A DNA stretch of 64,000 nt from the NCBI GenBank assembly GCA_025454955.1, contig JALONL010000019.1:46570-110569 (forward strand), given 5' to 3'. The stretch's first letter is position 1. Every line of letters begins with the position of its first letter. This document shows, piece after piece, positions 54,972 through 64,000 of the stretch. Below the pieces are notes generated by a model, which had not been told where the DNA came from, made no database searches, and saw only the letters and a list, made by a program, of their open reading frames with translations. Made by a program: the position numbers and the translations under genes. This stretch comes from Bacteroidia bacterium. GTDB lineage: Bacteria > Bacteroidota > Bacteroidia > Palsa-965.

Positions 54972-55874
54972 TTATGATTTGGCCACCAGCCCGTGTCTTA
55001 ATCTTTCCGACACCCTGTACTCATCGGGCGACTGCCCCGTGTGGTGCTTGAAAAAGCGGCTGAAATAGGCCGGATCGTGAAAGCCGATGGTATAGGCAAT
55101 TTCTTTGGCCGAAGCCATAGAGTAGAGCATGAGCCGCTTGGCTTCGAGTATTACCCGCTCCTGAATAAGGTCGCCGGCGGTGCGGCCGGTGGTTTTCTTC
55201 ACCACATCGTTGAGGTGATTGGCCGATACCGAAAGCTTTTCGGCATAATCGCTTACGCGGTGTGTGGCTGTAAACCGGGCATCTATGAGGTTGCGGAACT
55301 GCACTACCAGATGCACACCGGTTTCGCGCACGGGCTTTACCCGCTCCGGAAACTTCGATTTGCATTTGAGCAGCAGGATATTGATGTAGCTGCGTATGAT
55401 TCCTTCGCGGTTGGGGTCGTTCGACTGATACTCGGCTTTAATGCTGGCGATAATGCCTTTTACCCATTCGAGAAAAACGGCATCGAGTTTCAGCATCCGG
55501 TCGCGGCTGTCGATATCGAGAAACGACATGCCCCGCAGAAAATCGCGGTTGGTGCTGTCGAAATAAAAAAACTCTTCGGTAAACAGAAGCACTTTGCCGC
55601 GTGTGCTGCCCGTGCGGTTAAGCAAATGCACCTGCCCCGGCGACACAAAATGCAGGCTGTATGAATGAATAGGGTAGGGCTCGAAATCAATCATGTGCGT
55701 TCCTTCGGCCTCCTCGAAAAAAAAGATTTCGTAGTAACCATGCCGGTGCGGCTCCGAAGTCACATAAGCCTGGTTCTTATATTCGCCCAGTTCAAAATAC
55801 TTGAACGCGGCCATATCTTCTTCGCCGGGATGATATTCGTTGAGCGGAATTTGTGTAAAGGGTATCTGCGACAT
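54972..55874 (-). CDS. AraC family transcriptional regulator
   Basis: N-terminal cupin-like sensor domain and a C-terminal AraC HTH (...ANHLNDVVKKTTGRTAGDLIQERVILEAKRLM...IGFHDPAYFSRFFKHHTGQSPDEYR). Confidence 0.85.
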   Translation of the reverse strand: MSQIPFTQIPLNEYHPGEEDMAAFKYFELGEYKNQAYVTSEPHRHGYYEIFFFEEAEGTHMIDFEPYPIHSYSLHFVSPGQVHLLNRTGSTRGKVLLFTEEFFYFDSTNRDFLRGMSFLDIDSRDRMLKLDAVFLEWVKGIIASIKAEYQSNDPNREGIIRSYINILLLKCKSKFPERVKPVRETGVHLVVQFRNLIDARFTATHRVSDYAEKLSVSANHLNDVVKKTTGRTAGDLIQERVILEAKRLMLYSMASAKEIAYTIGFHDPAYFSRFFKHHTGQSPDEYRVSERLRHGLVAKS

Positions 55875-55971
55875 AACGACTAAAATTAGCAAAAAATAAG
55901 TATCGACATATAATTAGCAGGTTATGCTTTTATGCCTGGTAATGAAAAGACCTTCTTACCTTCGCCCTGCA

Positions 55972-56469
55972 ATGAAAGTAACTGTAATCATTAAAGAAGT
56001 AAACGCCCGCTTCCGTCAGGATATTGCCGATAAATACAACGACGGAAAAGAGAGTGCCGACAACATGCGCTACAACTGGGAAGACGAGTACGCGGTAAAA
56101 ACCGATGTCACTTCCTTCAAGGTGCGCAACAACGTGCCCTATCAGCTTCGCGGCTGGAAAGGCGACGAGGAATTTTCGATAGAAATTCCGGGCATGATGA
56201 TCGTCGATTGTCAGCACGAAGACAATTCCATTACCCAATTTGCCTTCTCGCGCAAATACGTAAAAGACACCAAAAAAGCCGACCGCCCCAACGGCGACAT
56301 CCGCTTCTTCGTATTTGTAAGCGACAACAAAACAGCCGTAAGCCCGCAGCCCGGCATCTACATCCTCCAAAACGAATGGCCGTCTGAATTGCCTGTGCCC
56401 GAGGCCGTGGAGCCGGATGATGATGAAGATTTTGATCCGGAAGACGACACCGACGACAGTGAAGAATAA
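55972..56469 (+). CDS. Hypothetical protein with a strongly acidic C-terminal tail
   Basis: 166 aa from the internal ATG (MKVTVIIKEV...). The tail is EPDDDEDFDPEDDTDDSEE. No family recognised. It is flanked by two AraC regulators. Confidence 0.45.
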   Translation: MKVTVIIKEVNARFRQDIADKYNDGKESADNMRYNWEDEYAVKTDVTSFKVRNNVPYQLRGWKGDEEFSIEIPGMMIVDCQHEDNSITQFAFSRKYVKDTKKADRPNGDIRFFVFVSDNKTAVSPQPGIYILQNEWPSELPVPEAVEPDDDEDFDPEDDTDDSEE

Positions 56470-56481
56470 ACCCGTGCAAAG

Positions 56482-57294
56482 TTGATTTACCGTACACTGG
56501 CACCGCCGCCTGCACTGGCACAGTACGTTCGGTTTTACTGGATGTACGAGCACTCGCCCGTTTCGGGGGGGGCATTTGTACACCGTGCTTTTGCCGACAG
56601 CAGTGCAGAGATGATTTTTCATTACTCCGGCCGGTTTACCGAGCTTACCCCAAATGGTGCTACCGATTCGCCGCTGGCACATTTGCAGGGGCAAAGCACC
56701 GGAGTAAAGCGGTACAGCACACATACATCTTTCGGCATTTTTGGCGTGTATCTTTATCCGTATGCGCTGCCGGTGTTGTTTCCGGTAAGTGGCGGTGAAA
56801 TTGCCAACCGCATCTGCGATTTCGAAACCCTGCTCAAACAGCACGGCGCCGATTTTACCGAACGCATTATGCTTGCTCCCGGTTTTGAAAGCCGGGCAGC
56901 ACTGGTTTCCGAATTTTTGCTCGGCCGTTTGCGGCAATGCCACAGCGCACTGCTTCAGGAAAAATACTTCGCTGCAATGCGTGCGTTAATTCATTCGTCG
57001 GGCATTGCGGCATTCAACCAGCTTGCGGCATCGAGCGGATTTACCGAGCGTGCTTTCGAGCGCAGAACAAAACAATACACCGGCTTTTCGCCCAAACTGC
57101 TTTACCGCGTGGCCCGTTTTCAGCAAACCGCCGCGGCCTGGGGCAAAACAAATATCAGCTCGCTTACAGAAATAGCACTCAATAACGGGTACTACGATCA
57201 GGCGCATTTCATACACGAGTTCAAATTGTTTTCGGGCTTTACCCCCGGGCAATATTTCTTTAATCAGGCCGAGGGCACCGATTACAGAGGTTGA
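56482..57294 (+). CDS. AraC family transcriptional regulator (second copy)
   Basis: C-terminal AraC HTH (...GFTERAFERRTKQYTGFSPKLLYRVARFQ...IALNNGYYDQAHFIHEFKLFSGFTPGQYF). Confidence 0.8.
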   Translation: MIYRTLAPPPALAQYVRFYWMYEHSPVSGGAFVHRAFADSSAEMIFHYSGRFTELTPNGATDSPLAHLQGQSTGVKRYSTHTSFGIFGVYLYPYALPVLFPVSGGEIANRICDFETLLKQHGADFTERIMLAPGFESRAALVSEFLLGRLRQCHSALLQEKYFAAMRALIHSSGIAAFNQLAASSGFTERAFERRTKQYTGFSPKLLYRVARFQQTAAAWGKTNISSLTEIALNNGYYDQAHFIHEFKLFSGFTPGQYFFNQAEGTDYRG

Positions 57295-57365
57295 GCAGGT
57301 TGTCGGAAATTTACAAGCCAAAGATTGCCGGCCGGCATATTTTTGCCTCAAACAAACTACAAGCT

Positions 57366-57740
57366 ATGCAACTACCCACTCACCACCACATTGCAATGGT
57401 GTATCTTATTGTGCAGGATCCCTGGCTGCTTCAGGATTTTATGCGCCAGGTTTTCAACGCCACCTCACTCATCGAACTACCACCGCGCGGCAGCACCGGC
57501 CGCATGCACGCCGAAGCACGCATTGGCGACAGCACCATCATGTTTTCGGGAAGCAGCGACCAATGGCCGCCACACACAGCCGGCATTTTCATTTACGTGG
57601 AAAATGCCGACGAAACCCTTGAAAAAGCCCTGAACCACAATGCCAGCGTTGTGCTGCCCCTCGAAAACCAAAGCTACGGCCGCTCCGGCGGAATAAAAGA
57701 CCCCTGCGGCAACGTATGGTGGATTACTTCTCTGCATTAA
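57366..57740 (+). CDS. VOC (glyoxalase/bleomycin-resistance/dioxygenase) family protein
   Basis: About 124 aa from the internal ATG (MQLPTHHHIAMVYLIVQD...). It has the VOC fold pattern, including GG.KDPCGNVWWI near the C-terminus. Confidence 0.6.
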   Translation: MQLPTHHHIAMVYLIVQDPWLLQDFMRQVFNATSLIELPPRGSTGRMHAEARIGDSTIMFSGSSDQWPPHTAGIFIYVENADETLEKALNHNASVVLPLENQSYGRSGGIKDPCGNVWWITSLH

Positions 57741-57796
57741 TAGTATCCATCAAAGAAAATCCGGAAACCAATACAACTTCCAACCATCCAAACAAA

Positions 57797-57836
57797 AAGA
57801 GACCGTCACCACAAATGGAGACGGTCTCTTCTAATT
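57797..57836 (+). terminator. Rho-independent terminator after the VOC gene
   Basis: agagaccgtc-accacaaatg-gagacggtctct followed by tctaatt. Confidence 0.7.
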
Positions 57837-57859
57837 AAATAAGAATAGAAATTATTCCA

Positions 57860-57959
57860 GAAAAGAACATTCAATAATCCCAAGGAAAAGAACATCCTAT
57901 AATCCCAAGGAAAAGAACATCCAAATAATTCCCCAAAAGAAAAAGAACATTCAAAATGC
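57860..57959. repeat. Tandem repeat, a ~25-bp unit in 4 copies
   Basis: gaaaagaacattcaataatcccaag / gaaaagaacatcctataatcccaag / gaaaagaacatccaaataattcccc / aaaagaaaaagaacattcaaaatgc. Confidence 0.75.
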
Positions 57960-57980
57960 ACTGAAGAAGAAGTACTATCT

Positions 57981-58014
57981 GTAGTCACGGCGAGCGGAGC
58001 CGAGCCGTGACTAC
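57981..58014 (-). terminator. Terminator hairpin for dnaK, overlapping its stop codon
   Basis: gtagtcacggc-gagcggagccga-gccgtgactac. A perfect 11-bp stem. The downstream U-tract is weak. Confidence 0.5.
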
Positions 58015-59909
58015 TTATTATCCTTCACCTCTTCAAAATCCACATCCGTCACTTCCGCATCGCTCCCCTTGGCATTATTCGCCTCAGGATTGGCATTCGG
58101 ATCGCCGCCCTGCTGCTGCATGGCTTCGTACATGGCCTGTGCCACCTGCTGGAGGTTGGCCATAGCCGTATCAATGGCGGGGAAATCTTTATTGGTGTGT
58201 GCGGTGCGCAGTGCCACGAGTGCATCCTCAATGGGTTGTTTTTTATCGGCGGGAATTTTATCGCCAAACTCTTTGAGTTGCTTTTCTACCTGGAAGATGA
58301 GTGAATCGGCCTGGTTGAGTTTTTCCACTTCCTCGCGGGCTTTTTTATCGGCCTCGGCATTCATCTCGGCTTCTTTCTTCATGCGCTCGATTTCGTCTTT
58401 CGAGAGGCCTGAACTTGCTTCGATGCGGATGTTTTGCTGCTTGCCGGTGTTTTTGTCTTTGGCCGATACGTTGAGGATACCGTTTGCATCAATATCAAAC
58501 GCCACTTCAATTTGCGGCACACCACGCGGGGCGGAGGGAATTCCGTCGAGCACAAAGCGGCCGATGGTGCGGTTTTGTGCAGCCATGGGGCGCTCGCCCT
58601 GGAGGATATGAATTTCTACCGAGGGCTGGTTGTCAGACGCGGTAGAAAATGTTTCCGACTTTTTGGTAGGAATGGTGGTGTTGGCCTCAATGAGTTTGGT
58701 CATTACACCGCCGTAGGTTTCGATACCGAGCGAGAGCGGAGTTACGTCGAGCAGGAGCACGTCTTTTACTTCGCCGGTGAGTACGCCGCCCTGAATGGCC
58801 GCGCCCACAGCCACCACTTCATCGGGGTTTACGCCTTTTGAGGGCGATTTGCCGAAGAATTTGGTCACAGCTTCCTGAATGGCGGGAATGCGTGTGGAAC
58901 CACCCACGAGAATTACTTCGTTGATGTCGTTTACGCTGAGACCGGCATTGCTGAGGGCCGATTTGCAGGGCTCAATGGTGCGGCGGATGAGATCGTCAAC
59001 CAATTGCTCAAACTTGGCGCGGGTAAGGCTGCGCACAAGGTGTTTGGGAATTCCGTCAACCGGCATAATGTAGGGCAGGTTGATTTCGGTGGCGTTTGAG
59101 CTGGAGAGTTCGATCTTGGCTTTCTCGGCAGCTTCTTTGAGGCGCTGCAGGGCCATAGGATCTTTGGTAAGGTCGAGACCGCCGTTTTCCGACTTGAATT
59201 CGGCCACTAACCAGTCGATGATTTTCTGGTCGAAATCGTCGCCGCCGAGGTGTGTGTCGCCGTCGGTAGCTTTTACTTCAAATACACCGTCGCCGAGTTC
59301 GAGTACGGAAACGTCGTGTGTACCGCCGCCGCAGTCGAACACCACAATTTTCATATCGGTGTTCTTTTTGTCGAGGCCGTAGGCGAGTGCAGCGGCAGTG
59401 GGCTCGTTAATGATGCGGCGCACTTTGAGGCCTGCAATTTCGCCGGCTTCCTTGGTGGCCTGACGCTGTGCGTCGTTGAAGTAGGCCGGAACGGTGATAA
59501 CGGCTTCGGTTACTTCGGTGCCGAGGTAATCTTCGGCGGTTTTCTTCATTTTCTGAAGAATCATGGCCGAAATTTCCTGCGGGGTGTATTTGCGGTCGTC
59601 AATTTCTACGCGGGGTGTATTGTTTTCGCCTTTCACCACCGAGTAGGGAACGCGACCGGTTTCTGTGGCAACCTCGCTGAAAAGGTGGCCCATAAAGCGC
59701 TTGATGGAATAAATGGTTTTGCGCGGGTTGGTAATGGCCTGACGTTTGGCAGGGTCGCCCACTTTGCGCTCACCGTTATCAATAAAAGCTACGATTGACG
59801 GGGTGGTACGGCGGCCTTCGTTGTTGGCTATTACAACGGGTTCATTGCCTTCCATTACAGCCACACACGAGTTGGTGGTGCCCAGGTCAATACCAATAAT
59901 TTTGCCCAT
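58011..59909 (-). CDS. dnaK: Molecular chaperone DnaK (Hsp70)
   Basis: [18 protein letters not shown]... with Hsp70 signatures throughout. 632 aa. Confidence 0.95.
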   Translation of the reverse strand: MGKIIGIDLGTTNSCVAVMEGNEPVVIANNEGRRTTPSIVAFIDNGERKVGDPAKRQAITNPRKTIYSIKRFMGHLFSEVATETGRVPYSVVKGENNTPRVEIDDRKYTPQEISAMILQKMKKTAEDYLGTEVTEAVITVPAYFNDAQRQATKEAGEIAGLKVRRIINEPTAAALAYGLDKKNTDMKIVVFDCGGGTHDVSVLELGDGVFEVKATDGDTHLGGDDFDQKIIDWLVAEFKSENGGLDLTKDPMALQRLKEAAEKAKIELSSSNATEINLPYIMPVDGIPKHLVRSLTRAKFEQLVDDLIRRTIEPCKSALSNAGLSVNDINEVILVGGSTRIPAIQEAVTKFFGKSPSKGVNPDEVVAVGAAIQGGVLTGEVKDVLLLDVTPLSLGIETYGGVMTKLIEANTTIPTKKSETFSTASDNQPSVEIHILQGERPMAAQNRTIGRFVLDGIPSAPRGVPQIEVAFDIDANGILNVSAKDKNTGKQQNIRIEASSGLSKDEIERMKKEAEMNAEADKKAREEVEKLNQADSLIFQVEKQLKEFGDKIPADKKQPIEDALVALRTAHTNKDFPAIDTAMANLQQVAQAMYEAMQQQGGDPNANPEANNAKGSDAEVTDVDFEEVKDNK

Positions 59910-60053
59910 GACTTAATAAGTTAATGTTTAGTGCTTTGTAGATTGTATGTGTGTGCCAAAGGTCAATTCCTGTGCCATGCCCCTTTAACACCCGTTTTTT
60001 GCCAAAATGCCGTTCTGCCTGCAAATTATTCTGCCAAAATGACGTAAAGGCAT

Positions 60054-60087
60054 AAAAAAACCGTCCGGAAAATCATCGTCCGGACGG
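60054..60087 (-). terminator. Rho-independent terminator of the upstream lipoprotein gene
   Basis: ccgtccgg-N11-ccggacgg, preceded on the plus strand by aaaaaaa (a T-run on the minus strand). Confidence 0.65.
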
Positions 60088-60112
60088 TTATGGCAGTGTG
60101 CCTGAAAGCCGT

Positions 60113-61168
60113 TTACTGACAGCCCAGCACGGCCTGATTGCGGTCTCTGAATTTGAGTCCGCACGAAATATAGCCGCGGGAAAGGGTGTCTTCGGTAAGC
60201 TGGGTAATCTGGATATTGCGCTTTACAATTTTGCTGCGCGAACCGAATACGCCAATGGCGGTAGGTGTTTCGGGATCGGTGGTTAAAATATTGCTGTACG
60301 TGGGGCGCTCCTGCACCAGCGAGGAGGAAGGGCTGTTTACACGCATGTAGGTGTACAGGTCTTCGCCGGCCGCGTAAACGGTGTAGGAAATGGAATCGCC
60401 GTCGCGCCATACCACGTTGGGATCATCGGGAATGCTTTGTACCAGGAAGCGGTAAAATGCATCGGGATCGTAGGTCATGGAAAGAGCGTTTACTGCACCG
60501 GCATTCTGCTCGAGTGAGCCGAACACCCATTCGGGAGTGCTTTTGAGGGTGGTGTTGCCGTTCACGTCGTGCTCGCGGTAGTAGAAACGCAGGGCGGTTT
60601 GGTAGAAGCTGGCGGTAGCCGAAGGATTCCAACTGATAGACACGCGGCTGTTGGAATTTACCTTTACAATCTGCACCGAATTGGCGTTGGCGGTTACCGG
60701 TGCAAAGTTGAATGTTTTTACGAGTACGGTGGTGCTGTAAGCTTCTTTGTTGGGATCAGAGGCAAACCGCACACGGAGTTTGTAGGTGCGGTTGGGGTTG
60801 AGCATACCGGTGGTGGTATTGAGCGAGTAAATGATGTATGCACCCGAGTAAAACAGGCCGGGGTCGCGGGCGGGAATGGTGTCGGTTTGAAGCTGCCAGG
60901 AGTTGGTGAGGACGTTGTTGTTCCATTCCTCAATTATCACATTTAGCTGTGTGGCGTAAAAAATGGAATCCATTTCCTGGGCCATGGTCAATGCGTTATC
61001 GGGCCCGAGGAAGGCTTTCTGGATACGCACATATTGCTTGGGCTGTGTTTGATCGAGCAGGCAGTAAATTACAGGAACCTCCTTGTAATCGGCCAATAAA
61101 TCCACTTCGGTGCTACACGTCCAGAACAGGGCCGGAACGGTTATAAAGAAAAGAAGAAGCTTTTTCAT
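60113..61168 (-). CDS. Hypothetical lipoprotein (DUF4249-like; tentative)
   Basis: Internal ATG start with lipobox MKKLLLFFITVPALFWTCST. About 350 aa and beta-rich. It sits in a TonB-dependent receptor neighbourhood. Confidence 0.5.
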   Translation of the reverse strand: MKKLLLFFITVPALFWTCSTEVDLLADYKEVPVIYCLLDQTQPKQYVRIQKAFLGPDNALTMAQEMDSIFYATQLNVIIEEWNNNVLTNSWQLQTDTIPARDPGLFYSGAYIIYSLNTTTGMLNPNRTYKLRVRFASDPNKEAYSTTVLVKTFNFAPVTANANSVQIVKVNSNSRVSISWNPSATASFYQTALRFYYREHDVNGNTTLKSTPEWVFGSLEQNAGAVNALSMTYDPDAFYRFLVQSIPDDPNVVWRDGDSISYTVYAAGEDLYTYMRVNSPSSSLVQERPTYSNILTTDPETPTAIGVFGSRSKIVKRNIQITQLTEDTLSRGYISCGLKFRDRNQAVLGCQ

Positions 61169-61297
61169 ACGTAAGCAAAGACCACAGTTTGGGATGTGAC
61201 GCACAAACTTACAGTTTTTTCATCAGCGAAAAACTTAATATATGGTAAATGGGGTTGCCACTTTACAGGTGGCAGGGTATGGCCTTTAACCGGAAAA

Positions 61298-62140
61298 TTA
61301 CAGGCTGGTAAGGGCAACCACGGGCCCTTCGGGTGCAGGCACGCCGCCCTGTTTTTCGATGGTAATGGCAAAGGCTTCGGCCTGGGGGATAATTTTTAAT
61401 AACTGAAGCTGGTTGCTGTTGGAGGCGTTAAACACACCGGCATCAACCGGTTTGCCGTTTACGAAGGCCCAAAGCTGGTATTGTTTGTCGTTGGGGGTAT
61501 TGGCCAGTGTACCGGGATCGACACACACGGTTTTGGAGCGGCTGCACCAGAATACCACGGCCTGCTGGTCGGTGTCTTTGGCGCGCAGCGAAATTACGGC
61601 GGGGTGGTAAAGGGTGGAAAGTTCGGTAATGGTGGCCTGGTGCTGTTGTTTGTAGGCGGTATAAGCACTGCGCAGCGAGTCGATGCTTTGCTGTTTTTGC
61701 AGGGTTTGCTGTGCAATGGAGGCGCTTTCGTTTTCGAGGCTGGCAATGCGCTCGCCGGCGGCCTGCAGGCGGTTGTGGTTTATGATGTTCATGGCCACGC
61801 TTCCGGCCAGAAGCACACCGGCCAGGGCGGCCACGGCTTTCCATATACGCGGGCGGGCGGGGGCAGCCTGCAGGGGAATTACCCTGCCTTTTTCTTCGGG
61901 CGGTGCAGTGGCAGTGTGGCCGAGTACGTGGTTTATTATTTTGTCGCGGAGTTCGGGGCGGGGGGCCATGCCGTGCATACCGGCATAGGCTTCGGTTTCG
62001 AGCCGGAGGCGCTCCAATTCGGCCTTCACTTCCTCAAACTGCGCGGCCATGCGCTCTACTTCGCGGCTTTCTTCCGCGGTAGCGCCACCTAGCACATATA
62101 TGTGCAGCAGTCCTGATTCTATGAGTTCCTGAGCATTCAC
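61298..62140 (-). CDS. Anti-sigma factor (RskA-type C-terminal domain, single TM)
   Basis: An N-terminal anti-sigma helix region (LHIYVLGGATAEESREVE), a TM segment (IWKAVAALAGVLLAGSVAMNII), and an RskA-like C-terminal domain (QYQLWAFVNGKPVDAGVF...AFAITIEKQGGVPAPEGPV). Confidence 0.75.
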   Translation of the reverse strand: MNAQELIESGLLHIYVLGGATAEESREVERMAAQFEEVKAELERLRLETEAYAGMHGMAPRPELRDKIINHVLGHTATAPPEEKGRVIPLQAAPARPRIWKAVAALAGVLLAGSVAMNIINHNRLQAAGERIASLENESASIAQQTLQKQQSIDSLRSAYTAYKQQHQATITELSTLYHPAVISLRAKDTDQQAVVFWCSRSKTVCVDPGTLANTPNDKQYQLWAFVNGKPVDAGVFNASNSNQLQLLKIIPQAEAFAITIEKQGGVPAPEGPVVALTSL

Positions 62141-62144
62141 TTTA

Positions 62145-62699
62145 TTATCCTCCTTGCAATAATTGCCTCAACCGGGTCATGGCCGCTTTTACACGGGTTT
62201 TTACAGTGCCCAACGGTATCGAAAGTTCTTCGGCTACTTCCGACTGTGTGTAACCGCCAAAGTAAAGCAGATCGATTAACTGACGCTGCTCGGGTTTCAG
62301 CTGGTCAAGCACTTTTGAAAGTCCGATATGATCGACACCGGTTACACTGTTGTGCTTCCGGTCAACGCTATATACGTTATCTTCGATAGACTGGATTTGC
62401 CCGCTGTCGCGGAATGATTTTGAGCGGGTGGCATCAATGGCCGTGTTGCGGGCAATGTTGAGCAGCCAGGTGTAAAGCCGGCCCTTGCCCGCATCGTAGC
62501 TGTCTATATTCTTCCAGATTTTCACAAACACATCCTGCAAAAGATCTTCGGCCATTTCCTGATCGGGAATGATCCGGAAAATTACCCCGAAAAGCGCTTG
62601 TGAATAATAATCGTAAAGTAAACGCAAACCGGTTTCGTCCCGCTTTTTCAGCAGATCAACCAGCACTGGCTCGGCAGGAAGTACGGCGCGTGTTCCCAA
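62145..62699 (-). CDS. RNA polymerase sigma-70 factor, ECF subfamily
   Basis: Region 2 (LLQDVFVKIWKNIDSYD..KGRLYTWLLNIARNTAID) and region 4 (LIDLLYFGGYTQSEVAEELSIPLGTVKTRV). It lies 4 nt upstream of the anti-sigma gene. Confidence 0.85.
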   Translation of the reverse strand: MGTRAVLPAEPVLVDLLKKRDETGLRLLYDYYSQALFGVIFRIIPDQEMAEDLLQDVFVKIWKNIDSYDAGKGRLYTWLLNIARNTAIDATRSKSFRDSGQIQSIEDNVYSVDRKHNSVTGVDHIGLSKVLDQLKPEQRQLIDLLYFGGYTQSEVAEELSIPLGTVKTRVKAAMTRLRQLLQGG

Positions 62700-62869
62700 T
62701 TTTAATTTTGAGTGATGCGAAAGTACGAGGTATTGTTACACCATGCAAATGTGCGGGTGATGTACGAAAAAAACAGGCGGTTGTATTTTGGGAGGTAAGC
62801 GTAATTACTTTCTCCGGCAAGAAATATTTTCAGCAAATAATGTGTGCCATCAAAAAACGTCAGATCACA

Positions 62870-64000
62870 TCAAAAATGCATAATCATCCGCAAACTGATT
62901 TGCCTTGCCGTAAGGTAATTGGGCACTGCATAACTGCGGCCGGTTACATCTTTTACCCAGAAATACGAAACCGTATTATTTACCTGAAGCAGGTTATACA
63001 CTTCCAATCCTGCCCAAAGCGATTTGATGTACCTGAACGGATTGCTTGCTTTTAATGGTTTGTCTTCTTTAATAATCTGATAAGAGAAACCAATATCCAC
63101 GCGGCGGTAAGGAGGATAGCGGAACACGGCTTTGTAACGTTCGCGGGTGGGCGGGCCAAAGGGTAAGCCGGTGCCCAGAATGAGGCCGATGTTCATTTTA
63201 CAGTCGGGCAGTTTGGGCAGGTAATCCTGGAAGTAGAGCGAGAAGGTGAGGGTTTGATCGGTGGGGCGGGGAATGAAACCGGGGTTTATGGTAATTGTAT
63301 CGGTAGGTGTATTGTTTGCGGTAAAGCCGGGTACAATGGTGTCGCCATCGCTGTTGAGCAGGATGTAGTAAAAATCGTTGTAAAGATTTTCGCGTGTGCG
63401 CAGCAGCGAGAGGTTGGCCCACGATTCCACACCGCGCACAAATTCGCCGTTCAGTTTAAGGTCAATTCCGTAGGCGTATCCGTAGGCCAGATTGTCGCCG
63501 TAGTAGCGCAGGCGCACATCCACCATGTCGTACGGCACCAGATTGTCCAGGTATTTGTAATACGCTTCGGCAATGAAACGGAACGGTCTTCCCCAGCCTT
63601 TAAAGGCCAGATCGCTGCCCACCACGGCATGTACCGATTGTTGTGCCTTGAGGTTGCGGTTGAGTGCGCCGTTGTAGTTGCGCATTTCGCGGTAAAACGG
63701 AGGCTGGTTGTAAATGCCGCCGGCTGCTTTAAATACCACATCGGTTTTCCAGTGGGGTGTCCAGGTAAGCTGGGCACGCGGACTCACCACAAGCTGGCCG
63801 TTTTGTGTCCAGTAATTGGCGCGCAAGCCCACGGTAAGCGAAATCAGCGACGAATCGGCGAGGGTATCGGCAAAGCGGTACTGGCCGTAGGTCTGAAAGC
63901 GCCACGAAATCATTTCGGCACCGCCTTTAATTACGTCCTGCAAATCGAGGCTGGTGGTGGGCTGGTAGGGCAGTGAATAGTCTGACGAATCGACATACAC
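62870..64000 (-). CDS. TonB-dependent receptor / outer-membrane beta-barrel, C-terminal ~376 aa (N-terminus lies beyond the right window edge)
   Basis: Long amphipathic beta-strand series ending ...ARQISLRMIMHF, with a terminal aromatic residue. The frame is open to position 64000. Confidence 0.6.
   Translation of the reverse strand: MYVDSSDYSLPYQPTTSLDLQDVIKGGAEMISWRFQTYGQYRFADTLADSSLISLTVGLRANYWTQNGQLVVSPRAQLTWTPHWKTDVVFKAAGGIYNQPPFYREMRNYNGALNRNLKAQQSVHAVVGSDLAFKGWGRPFRFIAEAYYKYLDNLVPYDMVDVRLRYYGDNLAYGYAYGIDLKLNGEFVRGVESWANLSLLRTRENLYNDFYYILLNSDGDTIVPGFTANNTPTDTITINPGFIPRPTDQTLTFSLYFQDYLPKLPDCKMNIGLILGTGLPFGPPTRERYKAVFRYPPYRRVDIGFSYQIIKEDKPLKASNPFRYIKSLWAGLEVYNLLQVNNTVSYFWVKDVTGRSYAVPNYLTARQISLRMIMHF

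Noticed and set aside
59910-60060. CIRCE/HrcA operator upstream of dnaK
   Set aside because: The only near-match (tttagtgct at about 59917-59925) lacks the inverted partner GAGTGCTAA at 9-nt spacing.
1-64000. Transposase, integrase or recombinase genes and terminal inverted repeats flanking the AT-rich segments
   Set aside because: No DDE or tyrosine/serine recombinase motifs were found in any frame. The AT-rich segments are interpreted as old or cassette-type acquisitions rather than intact mobile elements.

Overview
This 64-kb window looks like Bacteroidota chromosome. The evidence is T9SS type A and type B C-terminal sorting domains, a PorP/SprF gene, a TamB-like gene next to tsaD, and TAnnTTTG-type -7 promoter boxes. 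Most of it is GC-rich housekeeping and cell-envelope DNA. Three segments are visibly AT-rich by eye and look like horizontally acquired insertions; GC content was not computed.

1. 1 to about 7.3 kb: a polysaccharide-modification cassette (GT4, SAM-methyltransferase, GNAT, NodB deacetylase, Wzx flippase) plus a T9SS type-B cargo protein.
2. About 30.5 to 31.5 kb: one hypothetical membrane protein.
3. About 43.3 to 46.0 kb: a 1.5-kb ORF-free, hairpin-rich region followed by a Fic-family gene with palindromic operators.

The core genes I could recognise are: an M1 peptidase fused to an Omp85-type beta-barrel; three T9SS type-B CTD proteins (one paired with PorP/SprF); speA, an arginase-family gene and argS; tsaD, tamB, yidC; an M13 peptidase; a pentein-fold hydrolase; a D-Ala-D-Ala dipeptidase; an HDAC-family deacetylase; LolA-like; ftsK; ndk; nrnA; six tandem FKBP-type PPIase genes; a SiaB/SiaC-like kinase/phosphoprotein pair; DoxX; two AraC regulators; a VOC protein; dnaK; and an ECF sigma / anti-sigma pair next to a partial TonB-dependent receptor.

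I found no rRNA, tRNA, CRISPR array, transposase or integrase. Two multi-copy repeat regions (20.5-21.06 kb and 57.86-57.96 kb) and a roughly 70-bp element present twice (40.4 kb and 44.3 kb) are reported below.

The ORF track evidently accepts GTG/TTG starts, because some first codons are not ATG. I therefore moved starts to the first internal ATG where a signal peptide or family pattern supports it. Hairpin and repeat coordinates are read by eye and are good to about +/-3 nt.
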